Source of the DNA: a virus
DNA length: 64,000 nt
Virus record (IMG/VR): IMGVR_UViG_3300032235_000623
Span: 1-64,000 of that record
Strand: one strand, 5' to 3'
Shown: piece after piece, positions 1 to 11,400 of the stretch
How the letters are laid out: the number at the start of each line of letters is the position of its first letter
Position numbering within the stretch: position 1 is the first letter of the stretch
Made by a program: the position numbers and the translations under genes
The notes under the pieces: model-generated
The model's input: only the letters and a program-made list of their open reading frames with translations
Told to the model about the DNA's origin: nothing
Databases searched by the model: none

Positions 1-405
1 AAGGGTAAGTCAGTTCCAAAAGCAGCGATGGGCGGTATGGTATCTGGCCCAGGAACTGGAACATCTGATTCAATTCCAGCATATTTATCTAATGGAGAAT
101 TCGTTATAAATGCTGCATCTGCAGCAAAGATAGGATATCCAACACTAGACAGAATAAATAAGTATGCTGGAGGCGGAGTAGTATCATATGATATTCCAAA
201 AATGGCAGGCGGAGGAGTTGTAAGCGGATCACCATTTGGTCAGGTATTTAATGTTGTAAATAGCCCAGAAATAAAGGTCTATGCAGCTGAGGGACAAAAT
301 GCAGAAGAAATAGCTAGAAGCGTTTACAATATGGTAAGTAAAACACAAAGAGATGCTATGATTAAGGTTGGAGAATCAATTAATTACGGAGGAAGAGTTA
401 GATAA
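1..405 (+). CDS. Tape measure protein, C-terminal end (partial, 5' end outside window)
   Basis: Frame open from base 1; GGxVxGPGTGTSDSIPAxLSNGEFVINAA motif typical of tape-measure C-termini; followed by tail genes. Confidence 0.75.
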   Translation, partial: KGKSVPKAAMGGMVSGPGTGTSDSIPAYLSNGEFVINAASAAKIGYPTLDRINKYAGGGVVSYDIPKMAGGGVVSGSPFGQVFNVVNSPEIKVYAAEGQNAEEIARSVYNMVSKTQRDAMIKVGESINYGGRVR

Positions 406-1001
406 TGAGTTTTCAAATTTTGCCAAAAGGATCTATACTATACATAGAGTCAACCGACCCTTTAGCCATAGACACTGGAACTACTAATAACTCATTTTCT
501 TTTGGAGGAGCAACTCTTTCAGCTCCAGGTCAAAAATACAGTTCAACGGTAGCAACCAGGAATAAGTTGTCATATTCAGATATAAATAACACTAGATTTA
601 GAAGAGTCTCTGAGCATAATCGTTCAGAGTTTAATATTTCTCCAGTACGTATTGAGCAGCAAAACAGAATGGCAAATGGAACAATGCGTAAGTATTTTGT
701 AGCGGATAAAAAACAATTTACATTATCGTGGGATATGCTTCCTTCATATAGAAATGAAACAGTAGACGGAGCCTGGGCTGCCGAAGATCTAAAATACTTT
801 TATGAGACAAAAGGCAAAGGCTCATTTAGAATTAGAATTAATCCAACAGTTTTTGCTCCAGCAACATATATGGAAGATTCTTCAAGTGCACTTTTAGACG
901 AATATACATACACTGTAATGTTTACTTCTTGCAATTTTACAGTATCTAAGAGAGGTATTCAGCCCTACTGGAATGTAAGCATGACTTTGGAAGAGGTGTA
1001 G
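405..1001 (+). CDS. Minor tail protein (distal-tail/hub-like)
   Basis: Directly after tape measure; RMANGTMRKY...FTLSW motif. Confidence 0.6.
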   Translation: MSFQILPKGSILYIESTDPLAIDTGTTNNSFSFGGATLSAPGQKYSSTVATRNKLSYSDINNTRFRRVSEHNRSEFNISPVRIEQQNRMANGTMRKYFVADKKQFTLSWDMLPSYRNETVDGAWAAEDLKYFYETKGKGSFRIRINPTVFAPATYMEDSSSALLDEYTYTVMFTSCNFTVSKRGIQPYWNVSMTLEEV

Positions 1002-1005
1002 TATA

Positions 1006-3219
1006 TTGAATATATCTTCTGAGTTAAAAACAAAATTAAACACATCATATTCTTTGGAAATAAATGCAGGTTGCTATATTGAGTATAATATGAACAATAT
1101 GCTTGATAGCATTTCTGTGTCTTATCCAGAGTCTCTTGAGTCTTTTTATAAAACACATACTAACTCAGATGGTACAGTCGTAGACTCCTTTAATAAATAC
1201 AGAAAGTTATTCCCAGTTGATTCTGTTACAAGACCAGTAAGGCCACTAAATTCTGGCATTAAGTATTTTATATGGACTGAAGATAAAACAGAAGTTTCAG
1301 ATGGTAGCTTTGATTCGCCAAGAGTTTTATCTTATCCAGTAGATAAAGCAAGAATTTACTATCCAGGAGTTGAAAATCAATATAAGTATTGGGTTACACC
1401 AATTAATAAAGATGCAGACTTAACTGTAAACTATTCAGTCTCTAATGCAAAAGTTACACAAGCATATTTTAATGGGAACTCAATTGTTTATAAAACTTTA
1501 TTTCCTCATGCATTTCCTTTAGGAGCCACAGTTAGCATATCAGGAATGTCTATTTCTGTATACAACTTATCAAATGTAGCTATTACAAAAATTGTAGATC
1601 AGTATACGTTTGAAGTTGAGTCACAAGCTACAGGAGCATGGGCTGAGAATCAAAATGGAACTGCTACGTTATCTTCAGCAACAATGCCAGCTGTAGCAAA
1701 TAAGATAGTTATTAGATTTGAAAAGTTTCATGATAAACCAGCATCTGCAGGCATAAAGGTTAATGGCGGAAGCTTAATTACCCTATCAATACCTTCAAGC
1801 AACTGGGATGGAGTTCATACACTATATTATAATGGATCAACATGGTCATCTACACAACCAGCTTCTCCAGCAAGCCCTATAAATGTTTCATCTATACAGG
1901 TGCAAGCAACAAACAGCAATACTGGCAAGGTTATAGGAATTATAGAGATGTCAGCAAGATGGTATAAGGACATATCTTCAGATATAGTATCAATGAAAAT
2001 ATCTAAGGAATCTTCTTCTGATGATACAAGAATTTTACCTGTAGGTTACGTAACAGCAAATGATTTATCACTAAACATAAATAAATATAACCAAGACTCT
2101 TTACAAGTTGTAGAATATAATAGAAATGATCAGATAGATAGCTCAAAAATTTATTTGTATAAAAATGCTGAGCTAACTCCATACATTGAAGTAGAAGGCG
2201 TTAAGGTAAATCAGGGCTATTTCTATATTAGAAATTTTGATGTAGACACCTACGGATCTGCAGATGTAATGGCTTTGGATGCGGCTAAGTTTTTAATGGA
2301 AACTATTGCTCCAGAGATACTATGTGAGTCATATCCAGCAACAGCAGTTTTAAGAAGGCTTCTTGATAGCATAGGTTTTTCAAATTACAGTTTTAATGTT
2401 GAAGAAAATGATGACTCAATACCAGTAATCAATTATTGGTACTCTACAAATACAGAGACTGTCTGGCAATTAATACAGGATTTATGCAGAGATATACAAA
2501 TGAATGCATTCTTTGACGAGTCCAATGTTTTACAATTCTACAGCAGAAACAAGATATATAATAATTTAGACGTCGACTGGCAATTCTTTTACGATACTGA
2601 AATGTCAGGAGCATCAGTAGCAGGACTTCCAAACATTCAGTCTTTAAGCAAGCAAGAAATTGCTTCAGCTAATGAGGTACAGATTTTATGGAGCTCCCCA
2701 GTAACATCTAATTACTTAGGTAATTCTACATTTATATGGAATGCACCAACAAATTTCTTAGGCGCAGGCGGACTGAGAACAAGGATCGATAGCACTACTC
2801 CTCCAGCTGATACAGTTTTGGATATTGATTTAAATACGTATGCCGACGCATATAGCAACGCACAATCGTTATATAGTTTTAGCGGATATGTTTTAATTAA
2901 TTCAGAAGTTATTGAATATGATGCAATTCAATATCAATATGTAGAAAAAGATGCAGCAGATGATTCAGCACCACAAAAGGTTTGGATAACTTCCCCGCTG
3001 GATTTAAATAAATATAGATGGCTTTCAAAGGTTGGGTATAAAGATCCAAAAAAGCCAGAAACTGCTTTTTTCAAACCAACTGGAAAGTATAGAGTTAAAA
3101 CAAGAGGAGCATTAGGCACCTCTCGTGGAGACCACCCAGCCTCAGCAATTGATTTCGTAAATCAAAATTCTGCGGAGGATTTAACAAAGTGGAATCAGAA
3201 AGTGATAGAGTTTAAATGA
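1006..3219 (+). CDS. Minor tail protein
   Basis: 737 aa, beta-rich, in tail operon. Confidence 0.6.
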   Translation: MNISSELKTKLNTSYSLEINAGCYIEYNMNNMLDSISVSYPESLESFYKTHTNSDGTVVDSFNKYRKLFPVDSVTRPVRPLNSGIKYFIWTEDKTEVSDGSFDSPRVLSYPVDKARIYYPGVENQYKYWVTPINKDADLTVNYSVSNAKVTQAYFNGNSIVYKTLFPHAFPLGATVSISGMSISVYNLSNVAITKIVDQYTFEVESQATGAWAENQNGTATLSSATMPAVANKIVIRFEKFHDKPASAGIKVNGGSLITLSIPSSNWDGVHTLYYNGSTWSSTQPASPASPINVSSIQVQATNSNTGKVIGIIEMSARWYKDISSDIVSMKISKESSSDDTRILPVGYVTANDLSLNINKYNQDSLQVVEYNRNDQIDSSKIYLYKNAELTPYIEVEGVKVNQGYFYIRNFDVDTYGSADVMALDAAKFLMETIAPEILCESYPATAVLRRLLDSIGFSNYSFNVEENDDSIPVINYWYSTNTETVWQLIQDLCRDIQMNAFFDESNVLQFYSRNKIYNNLDVDWQFFYDTEMSGASVAGLPNIQSLSKQEIASANEVQILWSSPVTSNYLGNSTFIWNAPTNFLGAGGLRTRIDSTTPPADTVLDIDLNTYADAYSNAQSLYSFSGYVLINSEVIEYDAIQYQYVEKDAADDSAPQKVWITSPLDLNKYRWLSKVGYKDPKKPETAFFKPTGKYRVKTRGALGTSRGDHPASAIDFVNQNSAEDLTKWNQKVIEFK

Positions 3220-4898
3220 CATACGCAGACAGAAATGAGTATGTTGGAGTTTCAGCAGACTTCAATTTAAAAATAGCTCCAACGGTTACTGATAATTTAG
3301 ATGGATCAGTACGTATATCTATAGATACGTCTTTTATGAATCAGGTTCCAGAGCTATATAGAATAGTTTATGTTTTAAAAGATGGTGCACCGAGTTCTTC
3401 AACTACAGTTACATCTACTTCAAGCTCTACAACTATATCTAATTTACAAAGAGGTAAAACTTATGTTTTTAAGATAAGGGCAGAAGACGGATCTTTGTAT
3501 GGTAACTACTATATTGTAGAAAAGTATATATCAAAAGACTCTAGTGTTGCAGGAGAGGCTACAAAGCAGCTAAGCGGATCTAGTCAAAGCAAGTCTTTAC
3601 TAGAGCTTACAAATAGCAAAGATAATTTTAAAAATAAAAAATGGTCTGTTGTTTATAAAAGTTTTGATAGTCTATCTGATGAGCCAGAAGGCAACACTGA
3701 AACATATTACTCTTATGGATCAGCGCTGTACATGGATTCCAATTTTGATAATCCAAATCAAAGCGCAGCAATTGGATTTTTTGTTTCAGACGGAGGACAA
3801 AAGGGTTACTACCTTTCTTTAGAAACCACCAGCCTAGCTGCATCTGCTAATAAAAAAGAATTAAGAATCATGAAAGCCACTGGTGGCGGTAATTTGGTTG
3901 CCATAAAGGATAGTCAGGTATCTATTGCAGAGAGTTTAAATGGTGTGTATGGCGGAAGAGAATATCTTGTAAATATTAAGGTTAGATTTAAAAGATCTAA
4001 TGGTGTTAAAACTGTATATATATATGGTTCTGTTAATGGATATAAGTTTTCTGCAACAGATACAGATTTTGAAGACGCAGAAGAAAAAATTAAAAATGTT
4101 GCGCTGACTCCAACTAAGCAGATAGCATTAGTATGTAAATCTGGAAAGGTTGCATTTGATTATGTTTATGCAACTGACATAAAGGATAAAAAAGAGTTTG
4201 ATAGGTTACAGTTAGTAGGCTCAATCCAGAATGGGATATTCAATAATGATTTCCTAGAGGCGGGATTTGGTAATTTAATATATAATCAAAATGTAGAAGA
4301 TGACTCTAAAATTATTCCTCCAAAAGCTATCGATGAGTTCGGTACAACTGTTAGAGAGATATATACAGCTAAATTAAAATTTGATTCAAGACCAGTATTC
4401 CCAATAAATATATCTACTGGCCTGAATTCTGGTGCCACATTAATAGGATCTAAGATGGGTAGCTTTGACGCAGAATTTTATTTATTAAATAACAGCTCAA
4501 CAACAATACCAGTAGATGGATCAAGCCTTTATATATATGGCAACACGCTTTCTGAGTCTGGACAGCTTGAGTATAAAACAAATGAGACTTCTGAGTATGT
4601 ATCAAAAGAGCCAGTAATATTTGAGACTAAGTGGATACAGAATTTAGAAGACGTTGAAAATTTAGCGAACTGGATTAAAGGTAAGGTTATAAATAAAGGT
4701 AAGCTAGTAGATATGGAAATTTTTGGTAACCCAGCTATTTCAGTCGGTGAAATTATTACCATTAAATATCCTTATGCTGCGTTAAGCGGAGATTCAGAAA
4801 AAGAAAGATTTATAGTAACTTCTGTAAAGCATGAGTATAGGGATGGAGGGTTGGTCACCAATATATCTGGTAGGAAGATTCACTTCTCTAACGTATAA
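3216..4898 (+). CDS. Minor tail protein with FN3-like domain
   Basis: TISNLQRGKTYVFKIRA FN3 signature; C-terminal GNPAISVGEIITI tail-hub motif; ATGA overlap with upstream gene. Confidence 0.6.
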   Translation: MTYADRNEYVGVSADFNLKIAPTVTDNLDGSVRISIDTSFMNQVPELYRIVYVLKDGAPSSSTTVTSTSSSTTISNLQRGKTYVFKIRAEDGSLYGNYYIVEKYISKDSSVAGEATKQLSGSSQSKSLLELTNSKDNFKNKKWSVVYKSFDSLSDEPEGNTETYYSYGSALYMDSNFDNPNQSAAIGFFVSDGGQKGYYLSLETTSLAASANKKELRIMKATGGGNLVAIKDSQVSIAESLNGVYGGREYLVNIKVRFKRSNGVKTVYIYGSVNGYKFSATDTDFEDAEEKIKNVALTPTKQIALVCKSGKVAFDYVYATDIKDKKEFDRLQLVGSIQNGIFNNDFLEAGFGNLIYNQNVEDDSKIIPPKAIDEFGTTVREIYTAKLKFDSRPVFPINISTGLNSGATLIGSKMGSFDAEFYLLNNSSTTIPVDGSSLYIYGNTLSESGQLEYKTNETSEYVSKEPVIFETKWIQNLEDVENLANWIKGKVINKGKLVDMEIFGNPAISVGEIITIKYPYAALSGDSEKERFIVTSVKHEYRDGGLVTNISGRKIHFSNV

Positions 4899-4915
4899 TG
4901 GTATAATGATTTATC

Positions 4916-5374
4916 ATGGTAAAAGCTACAGATAATAGAATTAACTCTCAGGATATAACAAGAGGCGAACCAGTCGTACTTGTACCTGGCCACCCAGATA
5001 CATTATTTTTAAGACCTGGAGAGTACATAGAAAAAAATGTGCTTTCTTTAACTATAAAGGGAACCGCTTCTGGAATAGGTGGATTTTCTGCTGGCTCTGG
5101 CAGTGGAAACAATGTTGATACAAATAATCCAGAAGAAAGAAAACCATTATTTCCAAGAGAGGTAGTTCATAAATGGGGTCCAAAAAGTCTAGCGTATCCA
5201 ATTGTTTTACCAGACACACCAGATCTTAGCGATATAGAGAGTGTAACATTTACAAAATATTATGACGTTACAAATAAATTGAGGGTAAAGGCAGAAATTA
5301 AAATTAAAAATTCAAGTGTCAGAAAAGACAGTGTTATCGGCGTAGATGCTAGAATATTTAATATTGGAGGATAA
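4916..5374 (+). CDS. Hypothetical virion protein
   Basis: ORF preceded by TGGTATAAT; tail region. Confidence 0.45.
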   Translation: MVKATDNRINSQDITRGEPVVLVPGHPDTLFLRPGEYIEKNVLSLTIKGTASGIGGFSAGSGSGNNVDTNNPEERKPLFPREVVHKWGPKSLAYPIVLPDTPDLSDIESVTFTKYYDVTNKLRVKAEIKIKNSSVRKDSVIGVDARIFNIGG

Positions 5375-6306
5375 TGATTAAGGGAACATATATATTTTAT
5401 GAAGATGGCAAAGAGTTATATAGGTCATCTAACATTATAACAAAGTTTGGCAAAAGATTCCTAACAAACTTCATTGCTGGCAGAACATCTTTTAATGAAA
5501 AGTCTATAGCAATAGGTATTGATGACGCTACTGCAACCGAAAATGATACTAGGCTTGGTTTAGAATTTTATAGAACACCAGTCGAGTTTGGCAGTACTGA
5601 TATAAATACAGTAGATGGGGTATCTTCATACTCAGTAATTTATAAAACAACATTACCTCAGTCGTTGGCTGGAATAGTTCATGAAGTTGGACTGTATCCT
5701 CAAAACACAATATCTTTAAATAACTTTGATAGCAAATTCTTGGCTGGATTTGACAGCCAGCTAGACTGGTACAGCTCGTCACAAATAAATCCAGAATATG
5801 TTGCAGAAAACTCAAGAGTAGGTGAAAATATACTAGAGTTACTATCGGGAAATAATGAGCCAAAAGAATATTTCTCTAATATCAATTCTTTAGATCTTTC
5901 TGGATATAGCGTTAATGATACTGTTAGATTTGCATATTATCAAAACGACTTAAACTTATTGGACATAAAGGTTAAACTTTATAGCTCTAATACTGACTAT
6001 TATTCAGCTACCATAACTGCTGATGATTCTTTAGGATACAAGATATCAGATGATATCTCAATGAGCCAGTTTTTAAATAATCCAACTGGTACACCAGATG
6101 TTTCAGACATAACAAAGATAGGTATAGAGGTAACCCCAGTAGACGGAGAGCAGACATCAATTGGTGCAGACGCTTTGCGTATTAACGATGAAGATACATT
6201 TAATCCAGTTTATGGATTAGTTAGCAGATCAGTACTTTCTACACCTCTTGTAAAGCTTGCAGGGCGACAGGTAGATATAGAGTACAGATTGGATTTAACT
6301 TTCTAA
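5374..6306 (+). CDS. Tail/baseplate-associated protein
   Basis: NIITKFG...IAIG...DTRLGLEFYR...EVGLY pattern of tail-collar/baseplate proteins. Confidence 0.5.
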   Translation: MIKGTYIFYEDGKELYRSSNIITKFGKRFLTNFIAGRTSFNEKSIAIGIDDATATENDTRLGLEFYRTPVEFGSTDINTVDGVSSYSVIYKTTLPQSLAGIVHEVGLYPQNTISLNNFDSKFLAGFDSQLDWYSSSQINPEYVAENSRVGENILELLSGNNEPKEYFSNINSLDLSGYSVNDTVRFAYYQNDLNLLDIKVKLYSSNTDYYSATITADDSLGYKISDDISMSQFLNNPTGTPDVSDITKIGIEVTPVDGEQTSIGADALRINDEDTFNPVYGLVSRSVLSTPLVKLAGRQVDIEYRLDLTF

Positions 6307-6307
6307 A

Positions 6308-8491
6308 ATGGTATATCAAGATTTACTTAAGGATTCAACAACTCAAAGCTCAGATCCTGGGTACTTTCTTGTCACAATTACAGACTTAGATCCACTTACA
6401 TTATATCCAATACAACTCAGGTGGAAATATAATGATAATACTTTTGGCCCTTGGTCTGCAGTAAAATCAATAACAACTCCGACCGAGACAGTTCCTTCTA
6501 CACCAGACTTGGGGGCTAATGACGTAGTAGGTGGAAACGGTTATATAAAAATAACTTGGAACGGCAAAGACTCTAATGGAAATAATATACAAAATATTGA
6601 TAGAGTTAATATACATATTTCAGGTGGAACATTTGGAGTAGGCACTCAAGTAGTAGATTCCTTTAAGTCAGCTGGAACTAAAACAATAGTAGCAGCACCA
6701 GGAACTTATATTGTTCAGCTAAAATCAATAACTGTTGCAAATACTACGTCTTTCTTCAGCTTATCAAGAACGGTAGAGGTAACTGGAACTGAAGATATAA
6801 TTTCAGATCCAGAAGATCCGTCAGTACCTACACTTACAGCAGGAAAAGCTGCAGTTATTTTAAGTTGGGATGGTAAAAATTCAAGTAATAGTTCATTTAC
6901 TGCAGGAAGTTTCTTTGGTGCTAAGGTATACATAGGAAAGACAGTAAATTTTACACCAAGCGAAAACAACTGGGTTCATACATTAAATTTTGCAAATGGA
7001 TTTAATCAAGTATCAATAGGTGTGGGCACAATAATAAATAAATCTACATCAGAAAAATTAGACTTTGATACAAACTATTATATTAAAATTGGAACACTGA
7101 ATGCAAATGGTGAAACAACTGGAAACTTTATATCAGCAAGTGGAAATCCAATTAAAGTTGAAAAAACTGATTTTAGTGAGATAGAAGCTGGAATTATATC
7201 AGCTGACTCCTATATACAGGCTGGAGCATCTTCTGGACAAAGAGTTGTAATATCTGGAAGCCTTGAGCCTTTTGTTATATATGGATCAGATGGCGTAACA
7301 AAGATTTTAGAGTTTGATGCTTCGATGGGCGGAACTGGAGCGTTAAAGATAATAGGATCTGGCTCATTCTCTGGAAATATATCAGCTGCAACAGGAACAC
7401 TTAGCAATGCTTTAAATATAGGAGTTCCAGTATCTGGACTTTATCCATTCAGCGTAAGCTCAACTGGTGTAATGAGAGCAGTATCTGGAACCATTGGAGG
7501 AATGACTTTAGCTGCTGACGGTATACAGAACAGCACTGGATCTTTTAAATTAGACACTGATGGTAAGGCAAAGTTTGGCTCTATTGACATATCTCCAACA
7601 ATTGGTATATATCATAATAGTGGTTCTTTTAGTCTAGGGGCTAATGGTAGTTTATCGCTAACTGGAAGTGTTACAGCAACAGAAGGAAGCATAGCGAATT
7701 GGCTCATATCTGGCTCAACTTTAACATCAAATAATATAACTTTAGATGCTGCAAGTGGTACCATATTCTCTGGCAATTCAGCGGGATCTCATATTCAGTT
7801 AAGTAATTCATACGGATTAAGACATATGAATAATGCATCTTCTGAAGGAAACTTTGTACTTACACCATTAGGAGATTTAACAATAAGAGGAACAGTAACA
7901 GCAGTTTCTGGATATATTGGAACTCCAGAAAGTGGATGGTATATTGATAGCGTAGGTATTAGAAATTCTGCATATGGCGTAACACCAAATACTTTTCTAT
8001 ATAACCCAAACAGCTTTAGCGATAATAATGTTATTTTTCAAATTAATGATGCTTCAAAATTTAGCGTAACAAAAGCTGGTAATCTAACAGCAACAAATGC
8101 AGATATAAATGGAACAATTAGAGGTTCAGAAGTTATAGGTTCAACTTTCTGGATTGGAGCAAATGCTAACTCAACAGACTATATTAACTGGAATGGAGAT
8201 TTTAGTTTAGGTCATGGAATAATGGTTTACAATGCAGCAACAGATGTTTTTGAGATTAATCCAGAAAATTTACCATATTCTCAATTTAAAATTAAAATGA
8301 ATATTGTTAGCAATGAAGATGGCACTTTTGGAGATTCAACTGTTGTACAAGATGCCAACGGATATCTGACTACTGGAAGAGCTTTCTATTATGGAGGAAA
8401 TAATTATCCAGAAGGTGCTACCTATAGATCAACTTCTCAGGGAGGCAGAGCCTTCGTTACTGGCGACATATGGTTAAGTAGGAAGGCCTAG
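6308..8491 (+). CDS. Tail fibre / minor tail protein with FN3 domains and Gly-rich beta-spiral repeats
   Basis: FN3-like N-terminus; repeated (S/T)GTIGG(W/M)xI motifs. Confidence 0.65.
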   Translation: MVYQDLLKDSTTQSSDPGYFLVTITDLDPLTLYPIQLRWKYNDNTFGPWSAVKSITTPTETVPSTPDLGANDVVGGNGYIKITWNGKDSNGNNIQNIDRVNIHISGGTFGVGTQVVDSFKSAGTKTIVAAPGTYIVQLKSITVANTTSFFSLSRTVEVTGTEDIISDPEDPSVPTLTAGKAAVILSWDGKNSSNSSFTAGSFFGAKVYIGKTVNFTPSENNWVHTLNFANGFNQVSIGVGTIINKSTSEKLDFDTNYYIKIGTLNANGETTGNFISASGNPIKVEKTDFSEIEAGIISADSYIQAGASSGQRVVISGSLEPFVIYGSDGVTKILEFDASMGGTGALKIIGSGSFSGNISAATGTLSNALNIGVPVSGLYPFSVSSTGVMRAVSGTIGGMTLAADGIQNSTGSFKLDTDGKAKFGSIDISPTIGIYHNSGSFSLGANGSLSLTGSVTATEGSIANWLISGSTLTSNNITLDAASGTIFSGNSAGSHIQLSNSYGLRHMNNASSEGNFVLTPLGDLTIRGTVTAVSGYIGTPESGWYIDSVGIRNSAYGVTPNTFLYNPNSFSDNNVIFQINDASKFSVTKAGNLTATNADINGTIRGSEVIGSTFWIGANANSTDYINWNGDFSLGHGIMVYNAATDVFEINPENLPYSQFKIKMNIVSNEDGTFGDSTVVQDANGYLTTGRAFYYGGNNYPEGATYRSTSQGGRAFVTGDIWLSRKA

Positions 8492-8492
8492 A

Positions 8493-11400
8493 ATGACCTG
8501 GTGGAGAAAAACAAGTTCAAGCGATACTGGTAATCATAATATAAATGGCTGGGTAAAGCTACAAAGCATATGGAGAAAAGCATCTCCACAAGATGAATAC
8601 AACTCAAGTCTTTCTGCAAATCCATGGGTGGTTGACGGATGGCTTAAGATAAAAACCGCATGGCGATTAGACTCAGTTATCGGAGGCATAGGCATATGGT
8701 ATAAAATCTTCTCTGGATTAAATTTGCCTATTTTTCAAATACCTTTTCCAACATTATTTTTTAAATGGCCTGATGGATTTGAAACTTCAGACTCTCCAAT
8801 TAATGGGTCAAAAATGTTTGTCACCAGGGGGTCTTGGACAGAAGAGCCAAATGAGTTTAGATTAAGAATACAAGAGAAAAGCCCTATTGGTTCATGGACT
8901 ACGGTGTATGATACGACAAAAGTATATACCGAATACTTAGAGTCAGACTCAGAAGATAGGTTTCCAAGCAATGCAAATGATTCTACTAGGCCAACAATAT
9001 CAAAATCAAAAACAATTAATGGCTATTCTTTCAGAGCTGTAGTAGATGCAACAAATGACGCTGGATTAACAAATCAGTATATATCAGATCCAGTAGTTCC
9101 AAGGTTAGATTTTAAAATTAGTTCTTTTTCTGTTTACGACGAGCAATCAGATGGGGCTACCTTTACATGGTCCTACTCACCGTACGTAAACTCTGGCTCG
9201 ATAAATTCAGAAACAGATATATATAGTCAAACAATTATCATCTATGATGAGCTTAATGCTGAAGTCTATAGAGAAGATATTCCAGTTGATTCAACTACTG
9301 TAATAATATCAGATCCATCAATACTTCCAGAGACCACATACGTAGCACGTATAGAAGCAGTAGCAGCAGACGGATATTTCCTGGATAGTCTTCCAACATA
9401 TGAGTTTTTTGATATTGATTTTATAACAGTTGGCGCATTTCCAGAAATTGAAGTTAATCCAACACTCACATTAATTTCTGGGGAGGCATCATGTGTAGGC
9501 TCTGTGTATAGGCTTTCAAGCGGAACTTGGTCTAACAACCCCACTGGATATAGGTACTACTTTGATAGACAAAATTTTGCAGGCAGTAATATATTAACAT
9601 ATCCAGGAACTACAACATATACATCAAATACATATTATGATTATACTCTTTCAAGCGAAAATGCTCAGGGAATAGATGCATATACTATTGCAGCAAACTC
9701 CAAGGGCGAAGCAGATCTTTATGCGTATGCAACATCATCAATTCAGGGCCCAATTAAGCTGCCAAAGCCAACAGATGTATCTGCCACCATTTCTGGCTCT
9801 GGAATAAGTATAAGCTGGACACCACATTCATCAGCAACTAAATATAGAATATACTGGGCTTCAAGTTCTGCCTATCAGCCTGGAGCAGCTTCTTCAACTT
9901 TTGATGAGGAAAAAACCACAAGCTCTTGGACATGGAATAGTTCAGATCCAGATAAAAATGGGATATCCCCATCTGAAGGCTCTTCCTATGTATTTTTTGT
10001 TTCACAGTCAGTTGGAGGAACAATATGGAGCAGCTGGTCATCTCCATCAGTGTCAGTCACAATGCCTGCTACGCCAGAGAACACTTCAAGACCTACATTC
10101 AGCCTACAGTCTGGTACAGCAAATAAAGTAGGGTCTACATATAGACTTTCAAGTGGTTCTTGGACAAATAACCCAACACAGTTTAGATACATCTTTGAGC
10201 TAAATAATGCTGCTGGTTCTCAATTTGTTTTTTACCCCTCATCAACTGGATACACAACTGATACTTATTATGATCATACATTTACTTTAGGTACATCAAG
10301 TTCGGTTGCTGGTGTCGTATATGCATATAATGGCTTACAAAGCCTGGGTGCATACAGCACAACTAGCATCGGTCCAATTACGTATCCTACATATAAAATA
10401 ACATATAACGGTAATGGTGGAACTTCAGCATTAGCATCAGAAGATGTTGTATCAGGAAATTCAACATCATTGCCAAACGCAACAAGAACTTATTATACAT
10501 TTGATGGGTGGTATACTGCTGCGGTAGGCGGATCTTATGTTGGCACATCTACTTCAAGCTATACCCCAACACAAGATATTACTTTGTATGCAAGATGGAG
10601 TGCAATTCAGTGGACAGTAAAATGGAATGGAAATGGTGGAACTGTTAATAATAACGGTAGTTCTACATACTCAGTAACATTTAATGCAGGAACTAGCGTA
10701 ACAGCACCTTATGCAACAAGGTCTGGCTATGTTCATACTGGATGGAGATATCCAGCATCTGGCGATATATGGTACCTGGCAAGCCCAGGTGGTACATTTA
10801 CTCCAGATTCAAATAATATAACAATGTATGCTACTTGGCAGATTGCGCCACCAAGTACACCAAGTTTTACAGCAATAACCACAAACAGAACTGATGGCAT
10901 TAATATGACCTGGGGTGAGGTAGCTGGAGCTACATCTTATGAAATTTGGTATGGTAATAGCGCACCATCAGATAGCTTATCGACACCAGATTTCTACCCA
11001 GGAAATGTTACAACATTTACAGACACGTCTGTCCCAGCTGGTTCTTATAGAACATACTACATACGTGCAAGAAATTCAGGAGGAGCCTCCTCGTGGTCTT
11101 CTGGAGCAACTGGCTATAGAGATTATGTAAGATATACAGTTACATGGAGTGCAAATGGTGGCAATGGAGGAGGATCAACAACAGAGATTGCTGGAAGCTC
11201 ACATACAGCCCCATCTCCAGGAACTAGAGCTGGGTATGTATTTTACGGTTACTATGATAGACCAAGCGGAGACTATACGTATGGCCCAGTATCTTCTGGT
11301 GGAGCATTTACCGCTCCATCATCAATTACAATGTATGCTAGATGGCAGGTTGCAGCTCCGTCAACACCAAGCTTTACATCAGCTACTACGACTAGAACTG

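Noticed and set aside
3205-3219. Programmed frameshift joining the two tail ORFs
   Set aside because: No in-frame X-XXY-YYZ slippery heptamer; ordinary ATGA coupling suffices
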